A stretch of DNA of 64,000 nucleotides from Haliotis cracherodii (lineage: Eukaryota). The stretch is taken from positions 51,832,001 through 51,896,000 of the forward strand of contig NW_027266275.1 of the NCBI RefSeq assembly GCF_022045235.1, given 5' to 3'. Shown in pieces: positions 47,801 through 58,200 of the stretch (positions are counted from its first letter, which is position 1; every line of letters starts with the position of its first letter). The translations under genes were made by a program, and so were the position numbers. The notes under the pieces were generated by a model that saw nothing but the letters and a program-made list of their open reading frames with translations, searched no databases and was not told where the DNA came from.

Positions 47801-50800
47801 TGAATGGGATTCGGTACAAGTTGTCCAACTTAGGACACCTCCTCCCAAGGGCCAATTATAATATATTGGGCCTTACCTAGCAAAGTGCATCCAGTCACCT
47901 GAGAAACATGAAAAGATTTGGAAAAGATCTGTCGATGCCCAATTGCGTACACATACTCTGCAAATCCTGCAATCGAATGAAATCTGCACGGCAGGCGCCA
48001 TGTTATTTATGAACTGGATGTCTATTTCGTTAAGCGATTTTGATTGGATTATGCATAAACTCGTTACTCCAGCCAAAGTACTCCATAATTCTGGCCTATT
48101 TTGGGAAGGGTGGAAACTGGATTTTTAAAGTCAGTGAACTCCCTTGCCTTGGGAAGATGAGATTAACTGGACACTCACCTTTTCCTCTGCTTCAGCATCC
48201 TCATCGATAACATCATCCACAATGTCCTCACTTTCATCTGGTTCACCCTCAATGTCCTCTTCATACATTTCTTCTTCTTCTTCTTCTTCTTCTCCCCCCT
48301 CCTCTTCCCCCTAATGCCAGGGCAAAATTTGTTGCTCAAATATTGATTCAAAATATATGCATAAATATGGATGAAACAAACTTTTTAGTACTTTCAACAA
48401 AGCTGAAATGTTTTGGAGTAATCCAGCTGTTCATCAATCATTTCTGTATCTGTCACAGAGTGAGTGAATGTTGTTTCCTTCCACATGCTGCATCATAACA
48501 TCTATAAATTATATAGTCTGAGCCAGTCAGACCAGTGGTTGGTAGCATGAACAACAATCCACACCTTACAAGGTATGATGAGACAAGATCAGCTTGGTCA
48601 CACATCTTAACCACCGGATCCTGCTTTGACTTTTGAAGTATTGGGAAGTCATTTTGGGGATGTCACAAAATATAGTATAGGTGCACCCTGTTTTAATTAT
48701 ATGGCGCTAAACAAGAGTCTTTGCCAAAAACAGCTGAGACTATCAGCCCTGAACATGGCTCATTTTCAATTAAATTGATTGTTATCAATAAGTATTATTA
48801 CTAAGCTTACAAGACCAAACAGATTTTTACTTGACTCAGACTTTGGACAAATGGCTAACGTCGCAGACTGAAAAAGCAATGTTTCAGTCAATAAAACAGG
48901 CTGGATGGAAGTTTCTTTTACTCACACAGCATAAACAGCCACTTTTTTTATGGTTGTTGAAATATTTTACTATTATCAGCCCTCTTGGTTATTTTTGTTC
49001 CTATTTAAAGGAGCCATTTGGCTTCTGCATGAAAAGAAAGAGCCAAAATAGTTTTCTTATGAGCCAACACAACTGACATTATAAAATGAACACTTCAGGG
49101 CTCAGATAAGTGGTAATGATGACAATTGCTTTTTGTTAAGGCTATTATAGTTTGAATATAGTTTGGTATCTGGACCAGTTTACTAGCTTAGATAGCATAC
49201 ACTGCAGCAGCTTCATGCATGTTTCTCACTTGAAATTGCAATTTACAGAAACATTGAATTCATTAAACAATAAGCTTGTTATTACATTGGGGTTGAAATA
49301 GAACAATTCAAATTCTTTTAGCCACGTGACAGTGTGTTTGTGATATTGCAGTGTTCATGCCAGACATGTGCTATGGAATATGGACATAACATCATTGTTC
49401 TCTCAAGTAGGTCTTGCCTATAACTTCCAGTTAATTCTACAGTAAAGATGAAAATACTTAGCATGCTTAGACAGCCAAAACAGCAACCAAATTTAACAAA
49501 GGCCCCAATGTTACCAGTAAAATCAGTTGTTCGAACATTCAGTCACTTATAAGAGGGTTGCTATTAAATACATTGTTAACTCTTTACTGAAGACTACAGT
49601 GTTTGGTCTCAACATACAACATCAAGAATGTTTTATCTTAATTTGCTGATTTGGACTAGGAATGGCAAGACAAATGATTGCTTTTAGATGTACCAGTTAG
49701 AAGGTCAACTTAGTATTTTAGCAATCAAACTGAATGGACAAATGTAATTTTGCACCATAGGTCAAGAAAATATTGTTTCAGAGGAAATTTTATAATGCAT
49801 GATGAAAGATGAAAACTTGATTATACTTGCCTCTCCCTTTGGTTTTCCTTTTAATCCTGCAATCATAAAAACAGAACATTGAAACCTCTTTTGGCTACTC
49901 AATAGTGCTCATTTAACTTGAATAGCTTGTGTCTTTGTCATCAAACAACCCGCCATGATATTGCTGGAAGATTGCTGAAAGCGGCGTAAAACCATACTCA
50001 TCTTTATCTATTATCAAAAGAGAGCATGTTCAGAAAATGAATTTTCTTCCTAAAGAGACCAGACGTGATCATGTGACTGTCAATGAATGTTCAGACACTA
50101 CATAGACTGAAGGAGCAGATCCACATATCTCCTCATGCTAACAATGACAATACAAATTCTAGCATCTACTGTATTAAGATCATAACCAAGATCTGGTCAT
50201 TGATGTCACTTACTTGCACTTTTGGGATCTTTCACTTCTTCTATCGTCTTTTTGGGTGTAGCGTCAGATACAGAAAATGTGTATTCATTTGGGTCATGCC
50301 CCTCATCCTCTAATGCCTGAAATACAAAGCAAACAAATAAACATTCAGACACAAACTTTTAATATTCTTCATGTATATAAACTCAACACCTGTCCTCTTA
50401 CATCTTTGACTGCCGACCAAACGTTTATCTAATGCTCGACCATTAAGTATAGGGATGCAATGTTTCGGGACAAAGGATGTTTCGAGTATTATGCATAGCA
50501 CAAATCTACATTGTATCACTGCAGGTGAACAAACAGGAAATAACAAACTTGATCAATAAAAATGTGAAAATTATATGCAGAGATAAGATACTGCAGCAAA
50601 ATAAAAATACCATAAAAGCTGAATTCCTGTGCAGAATAATGAAAATTAATGAGTTAAAAAACCCACATAATTCACTCTTTTAAATAAATATGAGGTGCCA
50701 TGGCAACAATGTTTACCGGGTGCAGATTCATCCTCTAGCAACTGCTCAACTATCGCACAAAAGCGCTACCGCTGTCTCGCTATACTGTTACCGTGGTTCA

Positions 50801-52368
50801 TGCTCGAATGCACTTGCACTCGTCTCAGGGAGCTGACATGCCTTGGCGATCCAACAACCCTTTTCGATCCTTAGGGTTAGCCTGGTTTCTGGCTAGGGTT
50901 AGACATCAATTCTTACCTTTTTACAGTGTTTCCAACACTTTTTAACATGTTTAGTTCCTCTATTTGTTACTCATTTTGATGAACAATGGCAGGCGTGGCT
51001 TCCTCAAAAAGAATGGAGAATGTGCGACGTCGGTAACACGAATGCACAATTCATTGTTTACTTAACTGTGCATGCGTGTTAATGAGGTTGAGGTGAAATT
51101 GTGAAAAACGTCACGTCCAAAATTATTGCACTTACATAGCGACGTGTGTGTGTGTCCAGATGCCGATTTATAGTGTTAGGCTGCTATCTCACTGAGATAC
51201 CATCTCGCAGTTCAACACGAATACCCCTCAGACACAGTATACTGATTCCGAGCTGACCCATCCTTGTTTTAGACCCTTATGCAGAGCGCCAGACAAGGTA
51301 ACAATGGTAACCATCTTTCAACATCTTTGGTATGAAGTGGCCGGGGATCTTAGGGAAAGTGACACGCCTTTACAATGCAACACCCCTTTTCGATCCTTAG
51401 GCTTAGCCTGCTTAGGGTAAGGGTTAACCATAAATTCTCACCTTTTCAAAGCGTTAATCCTGGTAATTTGATAAGAGTAATCATGATAGCGATCGCATTG
51501 AAAGTGATGCGAAACACATCATCATACACCAAGCGTTGCTCAACTGGTTTGTCATGTTGATAACAAACAATGGCAGGTGTGGCTTCAAGAAAAGATGAAT
51601 GGGTGGGCGAAGCTAGACGTCTAACGCATTCATTGTTTACTTAATTGTGCATGCACGTTAAGGGGGTGTCGGTCAAATGATTACGTCTCATAGCGCTCAT
51701 TGTCCAGTGGTTGAGCATCGGCTAATTAACGCATTAATTAGCAAATCCGGTGAGTCGGCGAAGGGCATTCCAGGCCTCACAGCGCTAATTGAATATGAAA
51801 AAGTGCGATCGATAATGTGCACTCCTCCCAAATCAGCTCCTGTGGTAAGTTTCATTCATCCAGTAAAAGACGAACCCCACGGGTTAACTCGACCGTTGAA
51901 ATATATGGCAGTCACTGTAGTGTAGGTCAGGTTGACAAAGACAAAGACAGATCGAGAACAGTATAAACATTAAGAAAACCATTTAGCGTTTCTATTATCT
52001 ACGCTAAGGAAATTGTTAACAGCAGCACAGAGCGCTAATTGAATCTGAAAAAGTGCGTCCGGTAAAGTGCACTACTCCCAAACAATTTTATAAACTTAGA
52101 AAACATCTTGTCATGGAAGAAACGCGAGTATAACTATAGTTTCCGGGACCATGCGGATTATCGCTCGGTTTTGTGTGTGGTTGCAAGTTTCTCAATTCTT
52201 AACGGTCCACTTAGCCATACCAAAACACATTATTCAATGTTTTACCTTTGCAAGCCTTTCGTGTAATACAGCCTTTACTCCAGCCTTATCTAAACCACGT
52301 ATCTCCAATTCCTGACGTAAATCAACAACACGCAGCTCTGCGAGCTTCTTGTCTGCTTGCGCCGCCAT
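32852..52368 (-). CDS. SAFB: Scaffold attachment factor B (SAFB/SLTM family) gene, 20 coding exons, ~1150 aa
   Basis: Hand-spliced exons: 52368-52246, 50316-50214, 49856-49831, 48310-48179, 46319-46188, 45652-45601, 44672-43706, 42666-42629, 42471-42380, 40693-40544, 39828-39762, 39604-39392, 38735-38563, 38046-37883, 37722-37612, 34460-34332, 34160-33981, 33687-33524, 33403-33290, 33174-32852. They sum to 3453 nt with all phases consistent. Domains: SAP domain [31 protein letters not shown]; [73 protein letters not shown]; R/E coiled coil; Gly/Arg-rich tail ending RRF*. Confidence 0.95.
35131..35430. mobile_element. Tc1/mariner/pogo-type MITE in a SAFB intron
   Basis: TIRs taccgtattttgatgtaataa / ttattacgtcgaatacggta with terminal TA. 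Confidence 0.7.
35536..35701 (-). mobile_element. Full-length tRNA-derived SINE with TSD
   Basis: On the - strand: A box tagtctagtggtt, B box ggttcgattccc and an (ACTC)n tail. TSD ctgatcgtgataag / ctgatcatgataag at 35522-35535 and 35702-35715. Confidence 0.88.
35841..37119 (-). mobile_element. Degenerate mariner transposon in SAFB intron 15
   Basis: TIRs tatgagggctggtca / tgaccagctctcgta with TA ends. ORF 36505-37005 has the mariner N-terminal HTH and GRPS motif, and [14 protein letters not shown] lies downstream. A SINE tail is inserted at ~36508-36558. Confidence 0.9.
39095..39201. mobile_element. ~107 bp PIF/Harbinger-type MITE
   Basis: TIR ggcccacttgcacaaa / tttgtgcaagtgggcc with a 3-bp TSD CTG. 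Confidence 0.75.
39910..40155 (+). mobile_element. SINE-like repeat, family A
   Basis: Aligns to 30326-30545. Confidence 0.8.
40544..42471 (-). CDS. SAFB: SAFB exons 9-10 encoding the RRM (42471-42380, 40693-40544)
   Basis: RNP2 LWVSGL and RNP1 RCYGFVTM in the SAFB-typical context. Confidence 0.96.
41125..41961. mobile_element. Probable Tc1/mariner/pogo-type MITE in SAFB intron 9
   Basis: Imperfect inverted ends with TA: taccgtattttcttg / cgagaaaatacacacggta. Confidence 0.5.
43706..44672 (-). CDS. SAFB: SAFB exon 7 (acidic region, Ala/Lys/Pro/Thr-rich linker, Lys/Glu-rich region)
   Basis: Lies inside ORF 43675-44748; acceptor ttttctctag, donor AG|gttggt; phases match the neighbouring exons. 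Confidence 0.92.
47317..47369. repeat. (GTGAGTGAG)n short tandem repeat
   Basis: Directly visible. Confidence 0.9.
47544..48159. mobile_element. Second copy of the MULE-type MITE, in SAFB intron 4
   Basis: Homologous to 24565-25109; TIRs catcttcc../..gggaagatg; 9-bp TSD agagtaact/agattaact. Confidence 0.85.
51140..51350 (-). mobile_element. SINE fragment, family B (central domain resembles MetaSINE type)
   Basis: Reverse complement aligns with 56735-56940 (catac.aaaga..aaagatggt..cagtatactgt..tctcagtg.g.tagc). Confidence 0.6.
52246..52368 (-). CDS. SAFB: SAFB exon 1 (start codon, SAP domain)
   Basis: caaaATGGCGGCG; [41 protein letters not shown]|gtaaaa. Confidence 0.95.
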
Positions 52369-52516
52369 TTTGTACACCGAATGATATTAATCATGCCCGG
52401 ATGCAGCAGGTGCCCCGGATGAACAAATATGGTTCATTTCTAAATACCAATTTTCAGCCGAGTCACACTCGCTTCTGATGAAGCACACTGTGACCAGTGA
52501 ATATGGCTAAAAAAAC

Positions 52517-52590
<74 letters not shown>

Positions 52591-52900
52591 TTATTGTCTC
52601 ATAATAACATCAGATCACTAGAAATAATATTGAAAATATGATACGGTCATTTCACATACCGATATATGGTCTCTGTACAATCCTGAGGCAAATCTCACAA
52701 CTGTCACCTTCTAAAATAAGTGACCAGCCCCTCAGCACGCAAGATTTGATCTTTCGACACTATTGAGCTGAACTGTTTTGATCCTTTCTCTCACGGACAT
52801 TGTTATTTAAAACAAACTATAATCAGTGTTTCTCCTGGCGGATGTGACCTTTGACAACAGGAAGTAAACAGTAAGGGCGGCATGCCTGAATGTTTACTGT
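52369..52900. promoter_or_regulatory. SAFB promoter region, possibly bidirectional
   Basis: Immediately upstream of exon 1. A YY1-like AAAATGGCG overlaps the ATG; ETS-like CCGGAT (twice, ~52397-52420) and CAGGAAGT (~52857) are present. Confidence 0.5.
52517..52586. repeat. (AT)n microsatellite
   Basis: About 30 uninterrupted AT units. Confidence 0.97.
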
Positions 52901-53099
52901 GACAACTCATAGTCGGAGATGAGATAACACTATCTTGGAGCTTGCATAATGACCGACAATTATGAACAGAGGGTAAGATGACATATGATATCGTTTACAC
53001 CGAGGTTGTCAGGAATTCAATGATCGATAACGGGTGGCCTAGTTAACAATTGGTTAGATCTTGTAATCAATATTGGTGAGATCTTGTAAACACAACACC

Positions 53100-53350
53100 A
53101 CCCCGTGAATATGTCTTCGACAGCCCATGCTTACCGTAAAATGCGACTATACTTGTCGTGAGAGGCGATTAAAGGGTCGGGTGGTCAGGCTCGATGACTT
53201 GGTTGATGCATGTCATCGTATCCCAATTGCGTGGATCGATGCTCATGATGTCAATCACTGGATTGTCTGGTAAAGACTCGCTTATTTACAGACCACCGTC
53301 ATATAGCTGGAATATTGCAGAGTGCGGTGTTAATCAACAAACAAACAAAC
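53100..53350 (-). mobile_element. SINE-like repeat, family A
   Basis: Closely matches 1045-1250. Confidence 0.8.
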
Positions 53351-53512
53351 TGTAAACTACAGTGTTTGTCACAGCCATTATTACACATAGTCTTCAGAAC
53401 TTGACATAAAGGGGGAATACTCTCGGTCTTCTACCTGGATGTCTAACACTGTCCGCTAGGGCTAACTAGTGAGTCGATTTGCTGGGTAATCAACTGAACA
53501 TGACAAGAGACT

Positions 53513-54254
53513 CAATCTCATTAAAATCAGATCTTAGTTCTCGCTGCTGCTAAACAAAGATCTGAGGACATCCCATTACGGGTCACATCAGACTGACCTT
53601 GCGTGAACTTTGACAGACCAATGGATTGACCAATCAGAAGGTAGCTTTCTCGTGCTTTACGGCACTAATTTCAAATTGGCGACTATGCTTCAAAACATAT
53701 TTTGACAAATTGTCGATTACAAATTTGAAACCTAAGCAAAAGAACATTCTGGAATGGCTAATAGATGGTCTAGATTGTATGGATTCAGTCGTTAAACCCG
53801 TAACTATCGTTCGGAATAGCCATGTTAAAGTTTTCAAAATTGCATGATAAGAAATCACATTCCGACTGTCACTTTTATAATCAGGTAAGCGATGCTCCGA
53901 TTGGTCGGATGAAAGGTCGTTCTGACGTGACCCCTAATGTGATGTCTTCAGATCTTTGTTTAGCTACAGGTTTAACGACTTAATCCATACAATCTAGACC
54001 ATCTATTAGCCATTCCAGAATGTTCTTTGGCTTAGGTTTCAAATTTGTAATCGACAATTTGTCAAAATATGTTAAGAAGCGTAGTCGCCAATTTGAAATT
54101 AATGCCGTAAAGCACGAGAAAGATGCCTTTTGATTGGTCATTTTATTGGTTGGTCAAAGGTAGCTCAAGGTCGCTCTGACGTGACCCGTAATGGGATGTC
54201 CTCAGATCTTTGTTTAGCGGTTGTGAGAACTAAGGTCTGATTTTAATGAAATTG
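53513..54254. mobile_element. Foldback/MITE element with ~280 bp inverted arms
   Basis: 53513-53797 is the reverse complement of ~53968-54254 (caatctcattaaaatcaga.. / ..tctgattttaatgaaattg). Confidence 0.85.
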
Positions 54255-55591
54255 TCATCCGGGTATCCACAGGGAAAACACAATAACAAAGGCACCAGCC
54301 AGTTCCAGTGAATCGTTAGAAATCACTGCCCCTTTAACTCTTCTGGCCCTCAATATTTGAGTCAAAGTTAAATGAAACCTAAAATGCTTTAAATTTTACT
54401 AAAGAATACTCAATTTCAATGATTGTGTCTGATGAGATGACTGGTTACTCACTGCTGTTATAAAAAAAGTGAGTATAAAAACGGACCCAAAACACATTAA
54501 ATAACTGCAACTTATTCAGTTATTGTGACAAATACACCAGTAGATATTTATTTCATTACCTCTAGATATGAATAGCTTGTTATCCTGTATAACCCCCATT
54601 CTCCATAACATAAATAATATCTACAGACAAATCTCTGTCTATAATTGCTTACCTCCAAATACGGTCATATCACATACCGATATATGGTCTCTGTACAGTC
54701 CTGAGGCAAATCTCAAGGGAAAAGGAGGTATGCTGGCTGCAGTCACTGGCTTCATACAAGATTTATTTCACAATGCAGCATTATCTATTGGTAATTTGCC
54801 ACCAGCCAGGCTGTCAGACTAACATGCAATAAATTCATTTCATAACTTAGCAAATATGTAACATGAGGCGTCATATGTGTCAGTGTTATACATGTATGTA
54901 CATTCAAGGATAGAAGTAGTCAACTAACACTGCCTACGTGGTTCAGTGGATAGAGCGTTTGTCCATAGAGTGGCAGGTCAGTGGCTCGATGGATTCCCTT
55001 GCCGCATAATGCAGAGCGCCTTTAGAATGCAGCACCTCAACTCGTGAGGACGATCTCTGCTGCAGGTCACATCCTCAGAGATGAGCAACCAGTGTTTGTG
55101 AGAATCTTATCAGATGTGAACTAGCAACCTTCAGATTGCTATCTCGTCTATAGCAAGTGATAACTTCATTGTGAGGACACTTGTAGTCTGTCTCCCAGGC
55201 CCTTGATCTCTGATGTGTCTAACTGGATGTGTCAATTTCCCGATTTCAAAAAGTTATCTGACTATGTTGCCATGTTAGCAGTGTTGGCGAACACCTAAGT
55301 TTCCTTTCGGCAGAATAAAATATATAGTGGTTTTTATTTTACAAATGTTTATTAATTTAGGGATTCAGTAAACCATTTTGAAATAAAGGTCTTGTCTGAC
55401 ATAAAGAACTGAGTGCGTAGACAGGATTTGAGAATATGCCAGAAATATGCTGGCTGTAGTCACAGCAAGAACACAGAGATAGATATGAGCATGGACCTGA
55501 AGCAAGGAGTTCCCTGGCTTTCACTAGCTCATGCAAATACTGGGATGAATGAAAGAGCTTTGTTATTATCTCTGATTTTTTCAAATGTCAG

Positions 55592-55690
55592 GTTTGAAGA
55601 GCTGTTTGTGGAACTAAACAACATCGTTGAAACCAAGAGGAAACAACTGGAGCTTCTAACCAAGGAGTATGCTGTACTGTTGAAACCATG
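55592..55690 (+). other. Exon-like segment (FEELFVELNNIVETKRKQLELLTKEYAVLLKPW) of an unidentified gene or pseudogene
   Basis: tttttcaaatgtcag acceptor, TG|gtgaga donor, 99 nt open with a helical/coiled-coil-like peptide. No full gene model could be built. Confidence 0.3.
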
Positions 55691-56724
55691 GTGAGATCTG
55701 CTGCCATGTCATGCTGGGTTGATACTGGCTGACATGCATGCATGTAGCAACACTACTGTATTTGCTGTTATAAGTGCCCTGGGTGCTTAGAAAAATGACC
55801 AAGGTGGGCACTTATTTCAACTATACCCAAAAGTTAAGTCCATTTTCAGAGATCGAGTGATGGTGACAAACTTTATAGTTCAAACGTCAAGGAAACTAAA
55901 ACTTTTTCAATAAAATAGTTACAGGGCAATTGTATATACCTGCACGGCTGTTGTTTGTAAAAAATCAGTATAAATATACACAAGAAAATATAGTCTGTCA
56001 GGGTTTTACTCGACGCACAACTGTGGGTCAAGTGCACACAAATGTTGCGATTGGACGCAGATAAAGAATACACTGTATCTCCAGGGACGCACAGTAATAT
56101 TCATTTTACCTCCAGTGCATCAAGAACAGTTATGGGTGACTGTCATTTTACCCATCAATCACGACCAGTGCCCACGTGATCATTGATTCATTGCAGGCTC
56201 TAAAGAAATTTCAAATGTACAGTACACGACACCATTTCATTACTTTAGAGGACCCTCATATTGCCTCAAAATTATTATTGGGTATCCCCTGGACACACAC
56301 TTCTGTAACAATCAAGGTAAAATGTGGCACACAGCCGTCTCGCATACAAGAGATTGTTGGCTATCTTGCGTACATGTTACATCTGCGACTGATAAAGATT
56401 ATATATACAGATTTGGCTTAAAGTTGGCCAGAGGGCATGCATTGGATCAGGCAGCTTTATATGGTGAATATGGTATACATGTATGCATGTGTAGAATAGG
56501 TTCCAAGTAATCTATGCTTTCTATTAGAGGCTGTTAAATGGATCAGGCTTAAGACTTGGTTGATTGTGTGTCATGGTAGGACATTGTGGGAGTGCGGTGT
56601 TAAACAACAAACGATTGGCATTTAAGCCTTTGTCTAGTCCCATACGTTTGGAGTAGTGTTCATCCTGTCTTGTTTGTAGTCTGGAACTATTAGAATGGGA
56701 ACATTATTTTTCAGGGTATTATCA

Positions 56725-57015
56725 AATGCAGGGGCCCCAGGTCTGCCATACTGAAGACGGTTAAAAGATGGTACTTGTGCCATGTGCCTGGTGCTCGTCA
56801 TTAAGGGGTTAAAACAAGGATTGGTCGGCTTGGAGTCAGTATACTGTGGCATTCACGTTAAACTGCGGCATGATATCTCAGTGGGCTAGCACAAAAAATC
56901 GGCATCTGTCCGAACTAGTACAAGCAGCCACACACACGTGCATGCACATCGCTATATAAGAGCTATAATCTTGGACGTGACATTAAACCCAATTTAATCT
57001 CACCTAACCCTAACC
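56725..57015 (+). mobile_element. SINE, family B
   Basis: Homologous to 51140-51350, with a tail ..gacgtgacattaaacccaat..ctaaccctaaccc. Confidence 0.6.
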
Positions 57016-57765
57016 CTTTGACTGCCCAATAAAGGAGGGCAATTGGACAGGCCGAGAGCTTCTGCAAATTATGATACCCTGAAATATGATTTTTATAGCT
57101 AAAATGGATAGAATCTGTAGCTAATCCCAAAATAAGCAAAAAAAACAGCACTAATTTAGTGGCTGTGTTATGAACCTTACAAAGTCATAGACTATAATAT
57201 AGGATGACATCACATAACAATAGAATAGCATAGAATAGCAGCCTGCGACCGGCTGCTATCTTGTTACAGTGGCCCACAGATCTCTGTTAACATGCAGGCA
57301 TTTTTATGAATATTCTAGCCATTTCCAGCAGCAGACCGTCACATTGTCATGAGGCAATGTTTATATGTTTTAACTTTGGCTATAACTATTTTAAACTGTA
57401 CAGCAGTACATCTTTTTTTAAAAGTGTTAAAGGAGCCCATTGTTAAGACTTGAGTCCCTTTATATTCAATAACTCCTCAACTATCTGAGTAACCTGCCCG
57501 ACCAAATATTGACTGACTTGTGGTCCTAAAGTTTATAGATGATCTGTAATTAGTTCTCAAGGTAACTCATCAAAACAAGTTTTAAAATACCGAGTATTGT
57601 TTTACCTATATAATCTAACAAGCCATATTACCTGCAATGAAAGTTTTCTTGTTTTCCTAACATAGACAAGCTATATATTGTATCACTATTTTAATCTTCA
57701 CTTGCATTGGAAAGAAAGTCACAATTAAATTACCTTTTTTGTCTTATGACATGTTTAATAATTTT

Positions 57766-58200
57766 GTTTATGAAGTAAATCGCGGGGCATACAGCGTTCC
57801 GTTCGTCCGTTCGTCTGTCCTTCCCGCCGGTCTGTCTGAGCTTTTGTAAGGCCCATAACTTTTTAACCATGCACCCTAGCTTCACCAAACTTGCTACACA
57901 CATTTACCACAATGAATTTTTTTATTTTTGCCGTTTCCATGGAATCATGGTGAAACATAAATTTTGGGTAGAGTTTTTGTACGATCCATGTTTACAATAT
58001 TATGTATCCTAGCTTCAGCAAACTTGCTACATTAACCACTATGATTGTTTTTTTATCTTTTATAAGATTCTGAAAGTTTTCTCTTTTGCTGTTTTCATGG
58101 AAACATGATGGAATTAAAAAAATTTGATGAGTGGTTTTGTTTAGCTAATATATTTTCCAAAATTGTTTCCACTCATGTAGATCATCCATCATAAGTATCT
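57766..58200. mobile_element. Degenerate Helentron/HINE-like repeat
   Basis: (cgtc/cgtt)n microsatellite followed by tandem subunits ccctagcttca.caaacttgctaca..tttccatgga. Confidence 0.45.
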
